Source of the DNA: Felis catus
Taxonomy: Eukaryota
Direction of reading: 5' to 3'
Assembly: GCF_018350175.1 (NCBI RefSeq)
Contig: NC_058368.1
Location: forward strand, 177,384,001 to 177,448,000
DNA length: 64,000 bases
Under the pieces are notes generated by a model, which was not told the origin of the DNA, made no database searches, and saw only the letters and a program-made list of their open reading frames with translations. This document shows, piece by piece, positions 35,126 to 46,479 of this stretch; position 1 is the first letter of the stretch, and each line of letters begins with the position of its first letter. A program made the translations under genes and the position numbers.

Positions 35126-35353
35126 TTTTTTAAAAGTTTATTTATTTATGTTCAGAGAGAGAGAACACATGTGTGTGTGAGTGCACGAGTCGGGGAGGGG
35201 CAGAGAGAGAGTGAGAGAGAGAATCCCAAGCAGGCTCCGTGCTGCCAGTACAGAGCCCGTCTTGGAACCCTATCTCAAGAACTGCAAGATCAATGACCTG
35301 AGCTGAAATTAAGAGTGGGATGCTTAACTGACTGTGAGCCACCCAGGCGCCCC
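35126..35353 (-). mobile_element. Older-type Can-SINE
   Basis: Head 'gagccacccaggcgcccc', (GA)n and T-tail on the + strand; TSD unclear. Confidence 0.92.
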
Positions 35354-36157
35354 GGTCCTATTTCTGTTTTTTCTGCATTTTCTCTTTTAATTCAATAAAC
35401 ATGTTTCATTTGAACAAGTCATGCAAAATGATTTGTGGCCACCGAATTCATATTTGGTGAGACAGTGCTGGTGCATGATTTAGATGCTACCAGAAAATCA
35501 AGTTCAACAGCAAAAAGTGAATTTTTGTTGCACTTGCTCAAAAGCTTTCCCTCACTGGCACGATCATCACAGGTCACTCGATTGAAGTGGAGATTAGCTA
35601 TTTTCCAAGTTTTATAAATGATTCTGCAGAAAGAAAACCACCAATTAAAGGCAAGAGTGTCTTAAAGAAAGCATACAGAATACTAATCATATATTATAAA
35701 CTTGATAAGCACTTGTTGGAAATAGAAATAATCCTTTAGACCACAAGTTTCTTATGGAGGCCATACACCAGGAAGTCTGGGGATGGTTTTTAGAGACTCT
35801 AAATATGAAATTTTATCCAAATATTTTGAGTTTGGATCTCTTTTTTGGGGATGGGGGGAAATGTCCAAAAGGCCCAAAAGTTTCAGAATCACCATTTTAG
35901 ACAAATATAACAACACGATACCTAACATCCTTTTTCATATACGCATTCCATGAATGTACACTTTGTGCCTGCTGAGTGCAGGCACTGGGCAGGTAGCGTG
36001 ATCCCACAGGCATTGTCTCTGCCTCTCAGGGTGGACCTTTGGACCAGCCTGCAAGCTACGTACCACCCCTGCTGAGAATCCTGAGGCTTAGTGAGATTCA
36101 ATAACTTTCTTACAGCCCCCAATTACTCACTCGTTGGACACTCACAGCATGCCCAGC

Positions 36158-36478
36158 CTGCACTGTTCAACACCCAGCCTTTAGTCCCCCCACAGAGCAG
36201 GGCCACCGAGCACTTGAAATACAGCTAATCCACATGGATATGCAGGTACTATACATATAAAACACACAATGGATTTTAAAGACCAGTACCAATAAGAGAA
36301 TATAAGATATCTCACGGGTTTTTATATTGATTACATGTTAAAGGGATTTATTTTTGACATGTAGGGTTAAATAAAATACATTATTAAAATTAATCTTGTG
36401 TTTTCTTATATTCTTTAAATATTAGAAAATTTAGAATTTTATATGGGGCTCGTGTTCTACTTCTATTGGATGATGCTG
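36158..36478 (-). mobile_element. MER33 (hAT-Charlie MITE)
   Basis: 'gagcacttgaaat', 'tttttatattgattacatgtt', 'ggttaaataaaatacattattaaaattaat', terminal 'ttctattggatgatgctg'. Confidence 0.85.
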
Positions 36479-37224
36479 GGTAGGCACTGGAAATACAGTG
36501 GGGAGAACAGACCTCAGGAATGGCTGTTCTTAAGCTAGAGCGTAGCTCTGAAAAAATTCTCTAAAAGGCTAAATGTAGACAGAAATGGAAGAGTGTACTT
36601 AAAAGCACAGAGGAGGTGAATCCCAGGTGGGCAAGAAATGAGCATTTGCTATTTTCTTTTGACCAGCTTCAAATGTGCCCTGAAGGTACCATTCTAATGG
36701 TTTAGCAGGAAACAACTCTGGTCATTACTGGGGGGCGCCCTTCCCTGGGTGGTTCCATAGGAAGGATTTTTGTTCCTCCAACACCTCAGTTCACACTGGT
36801 TGCCAGGAGGATGTCCACTGCCCCAGCCGACATGTTCTCCTCAAACACGGAGAGGGAGGTTTCGCAGAGACTAGAAACCTCGGTGTGCAGAATCATACCA
36901 CACAGCCTCCTGTGGCCACCTGATGGCCACCTCCTGCCATCCCTTAAGGTGTTGGAGTTGGGGGTGTGGATCCCCACTCTCCCTGGGCCCAGAGAAATCC
37001 CTTTCCTCACCCTCTATCTCTTTACCCCTTTGGACTCTCCCCTTCCTGCATCATCCCCAACATACATCTATACCTTCCAGCTGGCATCATCTCCTGGCCA
37101 GCTCAGGCCAGAGGTCTGTGCCCCGGACCAACAGGTCTGAATCTAGCCTAATGTATTTTATTGGGCATACACAAAGTTCCAGTTTTAATTTGACTTTGAT
37201 GCTGACATTTAAAGCTTTCACACA

Positions 37225-37443
37225 GGGGCGCCTGGGTACCTCAGTTGGTGAAGCGTCCGACTTCGGCTCAGGTCATGATCTCATGGCTCATGGGTTAGAA
37301 CCCCGCGTCAGACTCTGTGCTGACAGCTTGGAGGCTGGAGCCTGCTTTGGATTCTGTGTCTCCTCTCTCTCTGCCCCTCCCCTGCTCGTGCTTTGTCTCT
37401 TTCTCTCAAAAATAAATAAACATTAAAAGAAAATGAAAAAAAA
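37225..37443 (+). mobile_element. Can-SINE, inserted in a probable MER102-like MITE (~37105-37540)
   Basis: TSD taaagctYtcacaca (37210-37224 / 37444-37458); flank 'aaaatccagcttccc...atctggcaaccttgggcctgcattcc'. Confidence 0.95.
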
Positions 37444-37651
37444 TAAAGCTCTCACACACAAAAAATCCAGCTTCCCAAATTCTTGATAGGTTAGAATCTG
37501 GCAACCTTGGGCCTGCATTCCTATGGGAATGAATAGCCAGAGGAAGTCACTGTCCCCATTTTATTCCTCTTAGTGACTGCTGCTTTCCATTGTGTGGCTC
37601 TTGTATCCTTTTGGATTAAAAATAAACTGCACTTTGGATCCTATTGGAAAG

Positions 37652-37778
37652 CAGGGCCAGGGCTGGGGGGGAGGGAGGGGAGTGCGGTGCCTTGGGCACA
37701 CAATTCAAGGGGGTGTCACCCTTGCACAATCACCTACAACCATACACTCGGCACCTTGCTCAGCATACTCTGGCCCTG
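37652..37778 (+). mobile_element. hAT MITE (MER96/MER91-like)
   Basis: Terminal inverted repeats cagggccag...ctggccctg; internal 'ccttgggcacacaattcaaggggg'. Confidence 0.55.
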
Positions 37779-38084
37779 AACTGACTGAGGTTGCTGCTTC
37801 CAGCAGCTTCTTTGCACCATTGAGGTACATACAGAAAGAGGCCTTGCCACGGGTGGCTGGTGAGCCTGAGGAGAGGACTTGCACAGGGGAGGCTGGGTCA
37901 GAAATGAGAGGGCGGCAAGCTTTAAGGCGGGAGTGGGAAGTGCGGTCGGTCGTAGAACTTGCCAGGGTGGGAACTCCAGAAATTCGGTTGTCAAGGGAAG
38001 ACAGAGATGGGGCGGTAACTGGATGTGGGCTGAGGCTGCACATTCCAGTTGGGTGGGTGGGGAGCCAGGTGAGCAAAAAGCAGC

Positions 38085-38240
38085 ACTATTCATTGCGAGC
38101 TGACTGTGTGCCATGGGTGCCGAGGCCTCCGTCCCGTCCCCTCCAACAGTCTTCCCGGCGGCCCTCCGAGGAGAGGGTCACATCAGCCTTTGCTGCGGAC
38201 CAGGCGACCAAACTCAAAAAGGTGCCATCGCCTGGACACC
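38085..38240 (-). mobile_element. MIR remnant, unusually GC/CpG-rich
   Basis: 'tattcattgcgagctgactgtgtgcca' is the MIR tail; the rest aligns by eye with many A/T->G/C changes. Confidence 0.6.
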
Positions 38241-38607
38241 TGGTGAAATCTTCCTCGGAAATACTGCATCGGAGGGTTGGCGAAGAATACTCTGGCACAC
38301 ACACATCGATTCAAAATTGCTCCCGGCGATGAGCCCAAACTGGGCAGGCCAACGTGAATTGCGGCGTGATGTCAGGTTAGGGGGTTCAGGCGGCATGCCT
38401 TCTCAGGTTTCTCCCGGCTCCCTTCCGACAGATTCCCTTTGGCCGTGCCAGGGGGGGTTTTGCTGCCTGTCCAGCAGAGGGTCCTGCCAGGTGGTAGGAA
38501 GCCTGGAGTAGATGCCTTTCAGATGTCCTGTCCCCCCATGCCCAGCTCCATTCCCCAGGAACTCTGACACGAATACTTGGTATTGTTATCAGAATTGGAT
38601 TACAGGA

Positions 38608-38818
38608 GGGGCACCTGGGTGACTCAGCCACTTCGGCTCAGGTCGTGATCTCGCGGTTCAGGGGTTCAAGCCCCGCATTAGGTTCTGTGCTGACAGCTCA
38701 GAGCCCGGAGCCTGCTTCCGATTCTGTGTCTCCCTCTCTCTCTGCTCCTCCCCCCACTCGTGCTGTCTCTCTCTCTCTCTAGTAATGACTAAACATTAAA
38801 AAAATTTTAAAATAAAAA
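38608..38818 (+). mobile_element. Can-SINE with a ~13-bp deletion at the 3' side of the A box
   Basis: Reads gggtgactcag|ccacttcggctcagg; TSD aattggaKtacagga (38593-38607 / 38819-38833). Confidence 0.95.
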
Positions 38819-39261
38819 AATTGGAGTACAGGAATCATCTGCTCCCATATCTCAGGACGTGTTGCTTCATGATCGACAGGTCATATAGTAATGGTACGTC
38901 ATCACTGGTGATCATGTTACCATTATGCAGCCAAAAGCGTCTGGGGACACACGCTGTCCTCTGCGATGCCACGAAAGCCCAGGAGGGACTGTTCGTGGGG
39001 AGCCGAGCCACCACACCCACGGCTACATGTGGTTAGTTTTTGTGGCAGGGCTGATGTTGAACTCAGGTTGTGTTTTGGTCCAAAGCCAAAGGAGAAGGGA
39101 GAAAGAAACAGCCTTGCACAAGAGGCAGCCCATCTGTCCAGGGGCCACAGGAGCCAAGAAGGAAAGGACATTGTGCCTGCAGGGACAATTTTGTGGGGCT
39201 AGTGTGTGGGTGTGTGGACAGAAAGGGCAGAAAGTCAAGGGTAGTCTTTTTCCCCCCAGGT

Positions 39262-39370
39262 TTTTAGAGGTGTAATTTTTTAAAAGTCTGTATATTTGAG
39301 GCGTCCAACTTGACTCTTTGAGATGTGCATACGTTGTGAAGCGATCGCTGCTATCAGGCTAATGAACACG
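39262..39370 (-). mobile_element. Short L1MA-type 3' end fragment
   Basis: 'tgtatatttgaggcgtccaac...catacgttgtgaagcgatc...tcaggctaatgaaca'. Confidence 0.55.
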
Positions 39371-41478
39371 GGTAAGACATTTGTTGAGAGGGGAGGTACT
39401 GGTGAGGCTGGAGATTTGGAAGAGGAATTTAATGTTTGGGACAGCTACGTTGGGCTGGGGTGAGGGGGTTCACCAGGGGACCCCAGCAGGATCATAGGGC
39501 ACCGCCGAGAACTAGGTTGAGTTTGGAGACCCTGGATCTGAAGTGACTCCAGTGTGTCTGGTGTGGGAGTTAGAGCCACGAAGCATCAACAGGTGGGCTG
39601 ATCTAGGGTTGGGGTTTTGCAAGGTGGGAGAGTTAGGACAACAAAGGAGCCACGGGAACTGGCAAAGGATTGGTTCAAGTGAACAATGATGGGCCTGTTT
39701 AGATGAGGCGCTTGCAATGAGTAGGGATTGTCATTGGGGTAGACAACAGGATGAATGTGAAGACTGAGCTCAGGGGTATGGATTTGTTGGGGCTGTTGGC
39801 TGCAAGACAAAGATTTCCTCTGTCCTGAGCACAAGAGTCCTCATTAGAAGGACTTTGGGCGCTCCCAGAGTTGACAGGAGCCTGGAGAGCTAGGCTTGGA
39901 CTGTGAGTGTGAACCAAGGTTGTCCCGGGACAGAGAGGCAGGCTCAAGCAGCAGAAATAAGTGGTCCCCAGCTCTACGGCTGCTGTGGCAAGCCTGACAT
40001 GCAGCCGTCTTTGTGTGCTGAAGTCATAAGCTCAAGATTCAAAATCACAGATGAAAGCATCCCACCGGCTGAGCCGATGTCATGTGATGGCGCCCTGGCT
40101 GCAGTGGGTGAGGAGGGGAGAGTCTGGCCTCTTGGGACTAGAAGATAGCCCCCAGTCCTCACCTAAGAGAGAGCATTGGGTAGACCAGAAAGAGCAGATC
40201 TAGTGCTGGAAAGCCAAACAAGTGACAAATGTCCGTTGTAGGTGAGAGTGACCACTAAGGTGTGGTGGTGCAGCTGCCCTTACTCTGGGTGTTACTATTT
40301 ACAGAGGGGGAAACTGAGGCTCCGATGGGTGACACCTCTCACTCAAGTTGTGGGCGGCAGAGCTGGTATTCCAAACTCGGTCACCTGGAACTGGTCTCCA
40401 AACTTCCTCGCTTGAGTCCTACCCACTCCCTGAACCAAGTCTAGGTCACCATCCCCGCAGCAGTCCTGGAGAAGGGAAGCCAAGTGACATCCCGACCCTT
40501 CTCCCCAGCCATGGCATTTGGCTCTTTGTTTTGTCACATGTTATTTTGAAGTCCCATAAAAGCAATAAACATGCCAAGGCATGTTGAGTCCACTCTGGGA
40601 GACGGGTCTGAGTCCCAGGGGTGTGGGCAGGGCATTAATGACCCAGGCGCCAGGCCAGGCCCAATGCCGGCTCTGAGCCTCCTTACACAAGACCCCTTCC
40701 CACCCCACCCCCTGGGGGCAGGGTCTGGGGGCTGTCCTGTGGCCAAGCAGGACAAACACATCTTGACGGGCTGGAACCACTTCCTGCTCACTGTCCGGCA
40801 TTCTGGGGGAGCCGGTCTCTCCCTTTGTGTACTCCCCGAGAAGGGAAAACTTCCTGTTTGTGAAGAAAAAAAAAAGCCATCCAAATAGCTCGACGGCCCT
40901 TAGACATCAAAGTGTTCTTACAAAACAGCATCCTAATGGCTTAAGTATCAATGAATCAGGGACATATGGATCTCATTTGCCATAAAGTGCACACGGGTTT
41001 AAAAATCCTGAGGAAAAATGCCAGGCAAAATATGTTTCAGGTTTTATTGAACCAAAAAACTCTAAGAAGATGGATTTTCGACGGTCACCAAACCCAGAAG
41101 ACAGGTCAGGCTGCTCAGGCTGACTGTAGAGAAAACTTAGTTCTCTTAAGCCACAGTAGCTTAAGCCACGGCCCTTGATAGCACAGACAAATTAAGTTAG
41201 ATTTTGATGTAATTGAGATATAAAAGGCTTTTATAGGATCTTTTTCTTTATAGGAATATTGTAAGTGTATCTGAGAGGAGCCCAGCTAATTTGCTGGGAG
41301 AGCAGTAGGTTTGACATTTAGCTGTGCTCTGGGTTGGGGGCGGATCGGGGGCATTTGGAGGTACATCCAGGAAAGGGGGAAGGTCCAGGAAAGGAGACTT
41401 TGAGAAGCCTACCCAGAAAAATCTCTTGTTTTCCACTCTGAAACCATAACCGATGGGAGGGAAAATGGAAGGAAAGAT

Positions 41479-41557
41479 GGAAGGAAAGAGAAAGGGAGGA
41501 GAGAAAAGGAAAAAGAAAAGAAAGAAGGAAGGAAGGAGGGAGGGGGAAAAAAAAGAA
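41479..41557 (+). repeat. 79-nt uninterrupted polypurine (GA-rich) tract
   Basis: Direct reading. Confidence 0.9.
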
Positions 41558-42098
41558 TGTTTTAATGTTTTCCTATAATCAAAGTTTCCACATCAGGAAA
41601 AATGGTGTCACACTAAAATGTATTAGCAACTGAGTAGTTTTATGCTCTGCATTCAATTTTTCTAGTTATATGTTTCTCCCTGGTTTGCAACCTTGCTTTG
41701 TGAAAAGTGTCATAAAGAAATGCTTTACCGTTAACGCACTCTGACTGGATCATATTTCAGGTTGTTACTCTCCAAGACATTATCGCAACGAGAATCCGTG
41801 TACTGTGGAGTGATCTGTCGGAGCCGCTTAGAGGGACAGATGAGAGGACTGGAATGGGGCCCGGGGTTCGTAATGAAACCCTAGCCCAGACAAGGGCCGA
41901 AGAGGAGGCTGTGGTTTGGGGGGTCTTGAGGAATTCACGTGGCTTCGCTCTGGATGGGTTCAAAACAGCTCAGTGCTGAAAGATGAACATTCCTGTCTTT
42001 TGGCTTCATTACCTTCCTTTACCCTTTAGTAGGTGAACCAGCTCTGGCCACTGATGCCTCAAGCATGAGAACACCAGATTTCCATTTGGCTTTATTTT

Positions 42099-42101
<3 letters not shown>

Positions 42102-42139
<38 letters not shown>
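42102..42139. repeat. (GT)19 microsatellite
   Basis: Direct reading. Confidence 0.97.
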
Positions 42140-42140
<1 letters not shown>

Positions 42141-43465
42141 CTTGTCACTTTCAAGTGGAATATGGTATGTTATAAATAAAGCCCCACTTTCTCCCATCCT
42201 GATCACATACCATATGAGCATGTGGGGCGGGGGGAAGTGGAGGAATTGGGAGGGGGGTGCAGATTCAGTACTGGTCCACATGCCTCCAAGATTTCCCTTT
42301 GAAAATCCCGAGGCCTGGCCCACACTGACATGAAATTATTATGTACTTTTGTTGTACAACAAATTATCATCCTATACTGTTGCAACAGGCGTTTGTACAG
42401 AGAATGCAGGTTGTAGTAATTTTGTCATATGGAGTAATATGTCACATAGACCATTCTGGATTTAGACCAATATATACAGTTTCTGGCCTAAGCAGTAACA
42501 CATGTTTGGAGGAGAGACCGTTTCATTTTACTGGAATGGACAGTAAGTAGAAACACATTCCAGATTTCTTTTTTTTTCCCTCCTGCTCTGAAATTTGGCA
42601 GCCGGAGTCCTCCTTGCACTTGATCTCAGGTTTTCAGCTGCTTACGAACCATGTGCACAGAGCACTGTGATGCCCGTGCGTCTAGTGACTGGTGTCTAAT
42701 GAAATCTAAAATCACTGCCCAACAGATTTCCCAGAACCCCTCCAAGAGCTGTTTGAAATGAATGCAAATGGCACTCAAAATTTGCCCAATAACATGCTAG
42801 CTCAAGTTCAGGACTTTTCTGAAGCTAATTTTATGCTTTCGAAGCCTGGCCTTGTGAAAACTTTTTTTTTTGGAATGCCTGTGAGTGGATTCAAGATGGA
42901 CAGACAGCCTGGAGAGGACAATGGGTGTACTCCAGACCCCGGAGGTTCCAACGTGGAGACGCTCAGGTACCTGTTTGCCTGGATCCCCAAGGTGAGGCTG
43001 CATTACCTTGCCGCTTTGTCTGGATGCAGAGGGCGGACGCAGGCAGCATTTGCTGCTGCTGACCCCAGGGTCTGGAAAAGTGGGGTTAGATTTGGAGAAA
43101 AGAGCGCGATCCGCGTCAGTTGGACACTGAACCTTCTTTGTGCTTGGTACTGACTGTATTTCACTCAAGTGCTCACAGTAATACCTTTTGCTAAGAAGGA
43201 CACTGGTATTCAGACTATGCAGGTTTTCTATGGGATTTGATGATCAGGGCTGTCTGACCTAGAACCTGGGCTCTCTCCTCCTCCAGCAGCACTTTGCCCA
43301 GTGCCTAGCGCATAGGAGGTCCTTAGTGAGGCTTTATTTTCCATGTGGTTAGTTTGTGGAGGCCCTACGGGATTATAAATTCTTGAGGTACAGGGACCCT
43401 GAATTTCCTTTATTTACCTTATTGCCCCTTTTGGGCCTTGTATCAGTGGAGATAATCCTTTACGA

Positions 43466-43668
43466 CAATCATTCTCGACTGGGGACATTGTCCCCAACTG
43501 AGGACATTTGGCAATATCTGGAGACATTTTGGTCGTCACCTGTGGGCAGAGGGGTGTTACTGGCATCTAGTGGGTGGAGGCCAGGGATGCTGCTAACACA
43601 GAACAGCCTCCTACAACAAAGAATTATCCAGCCCCAAATGTTACTAGTGCTGATGTTGAGAAACCCCG
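43466..43668 (+). mobile_element. MER20 (hAT-Charlie MITE), near full length
   Basis: 'ggacatttggcaatatctggagacatttt', 'actggcatctagtgggtggaggccagggatgctgctaa', 'acaacaaagaattatcc', 'gttgagaaaccccg'. Confidence 0.92.
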
Positions 43669-44627
43669 GCTGTAGAAGAAAGGCAGTCAGGCCATGCATG
43701 GCCGTATGCTAGTAAAAACAATCCAACTGACTTGTTTTAAAGACTTTTTAAAAAGAACCGTAAATACCAAACATTCAATATATTTGCTTAGGAAGTTAAA
43801 ACCATAGTCGCTCAGACTTAGGCCATAACTACAACAAACCAAGAATCAGTAAGGCTGAGAGAATTAAACTAGGACAGGAGCTTCTTAAGGGCAAGGATTA
43901 TGTCATACTAATTCTGTATCCCCTGTGAATAGCATACAAGCAGTGCTTAATGAATGCTTGCCGGGTGTTTGGTTGAACAAACAGAGCCTCTTGTCACACT
44001 AAATTGTACCAGTCATTGAACTGGTGCATGTCCTATGATCTAACAGATTCAGTTCTACAGTAATATCCCAGACTAGCCACTGACGGGGACCTCACTACCT
44101 CACAAGGGGGCTAACTCTGTGTTTGGGTGACTATAGACATTAGAAAAAACAATGGCCTCTGATTATGATTTGGAGCTCTTCTTTTTGGGAAGGGGCCAAT
44201 ATCTGAAGTTCAATGATCATTGGCTAGGGGGACAAAATGGCCAGGATGAGATGGTATTTAACAGGGACCAGGGCTGTGTCTCGATCACCTCTCAACCCCA
44301 GGGCCTTTACCAAGTTCAGCAAGAGAAGAGCTGCTTCTCCCTCTCACTCTGGAAAAAGAGCGGACCTTCCTTCAGGGCCACCTCCTGTCTCAGCGTCTGT
44401 GTCCACGACGAAAGCTCTTTCTCTCTGCCGGACCTCTCCTTCCTACTGCACGGGTAGCGGCCCCCCTACCTCCAAAACCAGTATTTCTGGGGGCCAGAGC
44501 CTCCGAGGGCCAGGTGACATGGTGGGCTTTGAAGCCAGATGGCTCTGGGTTCCGGTTCTGGTTCTGTCACTATGCGACTGGGAGGCCGTTGGGCCTTGGT
44601 TTTCCCATCTCTAAAATGGACATGACT

Positions 44628-44725
44628 GGGGCACCTGACTGGCTCAGTCGGTAGAGCATGTGACTCTTGATCTCAGGGCCGTGACTTTGAGCCCCATGTT
44701 GGACACGGGGCCTACTTAAAAAAAA
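44628..44725 (+). mobile_element. Short tRNA-Lys(CTT)-derived carnivore SINE / tRNA retrocopy
   Basis: 'gctcagtcggtagagcatgtgactcttgatctcagggccgtg' closely follows tRNA-Lys-CTT; A-tail; imperfect TSD taaaatgga-catgact / taaaatgggaatcatgact; B box decayed. Confidence 0.88.
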
Positions 44726-44941
44726 TAAAATGGGAATCATGACTACTACCCGGGTCAGATCTGATAATAATATTCATATCGTAATTTGAGTACAAGTTAT
44801 TATTTATTGAGTGCTTGGCAAACAGGGGGCCCAATGAGTTGCTTTGTGCACACTCTTTTTCATCTTTCTATGAATGCAGTAAGTTTATTATACCCATTTT
44901 ACCAGCAAGAAAACTGAGGCCCAGAGAAAAGTGACTTGCAT

Positions 44942-45171
44942 GGGGCACCTGGGTGGCTCTGTCCATTAAGTGTTGGACTTCGACTCAGGTCACGATCTCA
45001 TACTCTGTGAGTTCAAGCCCCACATCAGGCTCTGGGCTGACAGCTCAGAGCACAGAGCCTGCTTCGGATTCTGTGTCTCCCTCTCTCTCCCTCCCTTCCC
45101 CAACTCGTGCTCTGTCTCTCTCTCTCTCAAAAATCAATAAATGTTAAAAAAAAAAATTAAAAAAAAAAGAA
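44942..45171 (+). mobile_element. Can-SINE
   Basis: 15-bp TSD agaaaagtgacttgc (44925-44939 / 45172-45186). Confidence 0.96.
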
Positions 45172-45551
45172 AGAAAAGTGACTTGCTCAAGGTCTCACGG
45201 TCAGGAAGTGGCAGAAATGAATCCATACCCAGGACTAAGTGTTTCAGAGCTCAGATGCTCTTCAAGATCCCATAGCAATGCCCAGGTTATGCTTAATTCG
45301 TTAACTTCCTTTTCCCCTTCCAGTTCAACACTTAAAGATGGTCTTGGCTCGCTCTTCGGTGATTTCCTTGACTCGGTTTCAGTGTCTCAAATAGCCTATA
45401 AGCTCGGAAAGGCCGTGACCTCTCCTTTCCTGTGATCAACACTCTCTCCCTGCGTCCCTGTGTCCCCTGCAGACACAAGGTGGGTGCTCAGGTAACATTT
45501 GCTGACTTGAAACAGTACTGAAGGCCAGCATCTTGCCCCTCCTTCTATCCC

Positions 45552-45553
<2 letters not shown>

Positions 45554-45589
<36 letters not shown>
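45554..45589. repeat. (CA)18 microsatellite with a degenerate CA-rich extension to ~45637
   Basis: Direct reading. Confidence 0.97.
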
Positions 45590-45590
<1 letters not shown>

Positions 45591-46479
45591 TCATCATCCT
45601 CATACTCAGACACACTCACACACACTTACATACACACCCTGCCCCTGGGTCCCGTGTCCTTGGTGAGTGGGGGTCCCAGGTGGGGTCTGACTGCTGGTTT
45701 TCATCACGTTACAAGCCTGCCTGGGGAGCGAGGCCTCGTTTGGAGACGCAATATTAAATGGGTATGCTTTCCGCCGAAATTGTTTTTAAGCATGTACGTT
45801 TCAGATCCATTTAATCTCCAGCCATCAGTTGAAATCAAGCCGTTTCGTACATGTCACATACATTTTCGTCCTGGGAAGGCGTGTTTGTGGAGCCGTGCAC
45901 GCCACATGTGTGTGCCAGGGGCAGGGCGAGGGGGCTGGGAGCAGGGAATGGCTTTTCCATGTGGGTAATTGTGGCCGTCAGGAGAGTGGCTCAGAGCAGT
46001 TACGCTTTCTCAGTTTACCAAAGCCCCGGCATCTGTTCTGAGGCGGAGCTGCTGGGTTCGGGGCGGCCCACGGCCCACCCCATCAGTGCTTGGGAGGCGC
46101 CCTCCCCGACAAGCCCTGAATCTGCAGAAACAAATAGAAGAAGGGGGAAGGGGAAGAAAACGATGTTGACACATGCTCTGAGGAGGCCAAGGAATTCTGT
46201 TTACTCCTCGGTGATATTTCTGCCTTTTGTTGTGGCAAAGACCTGCCTTTGACTGCATTGTTGAAACATCTTCAAAGTCTGCAGATCTGAGGGGCATTCC
46301 AATAAAAACCTTTGTTAGGCTGCAGTGGAGAGAACCCCAAATTCAAATCAGGTCCCAGAACTTGGCAGCGGTGGCGAGAACTGGGCGGCATGAGCCGAGC
46401 GCGGGTGGAAGCCAAACTCGGCGTCCAGGCCGCAGGAGAGGGGCACAGGGCACTGGCAGGGATGGTTGCTAGGAACACT

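Larger units (their letters stand above)
34240..35410 (+). mobile_element. L1M 3' remnants, including an L1MA9-like end at ~34455-34615, split by two Can-SINEs
   Basis: 'aattggaaacaactaaaaatctaacagtag', 'gtaactatatgtggtgatggatgttaacta', 'ttgtacacctaaaactaat'. Confidence 0.7.
44515..45265. mobile_element. Tail-to-tail MIR pair (+ ~44515-44790, - ~44800-45265), each interrupted by a Can-SINE
   Basis: 'ggctttgaagccagatggctctgggttcc' on +; 'cccattttaccagcaagaaaactgaggcccagag...acttgctcaaggtc' antisense. Confidence 0.75.

Noticed and set aside
37592..38332. Longest ORF (246 aa)
   Set aside because: Non-ATG start, runs through a MITE and a GC-shifted MIR, no recognisable domain, and several other frames are also open; best explained by local GC richness
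44628..44725. Possible tRNA-Lys(CTT) gene
   Set aside because: T-loop/B box is decayed (gactttgag instead of GGTTCGAG), the acceptor stem is broken, and it has an A-tail and TSD inside a MIR; a retroposed copy
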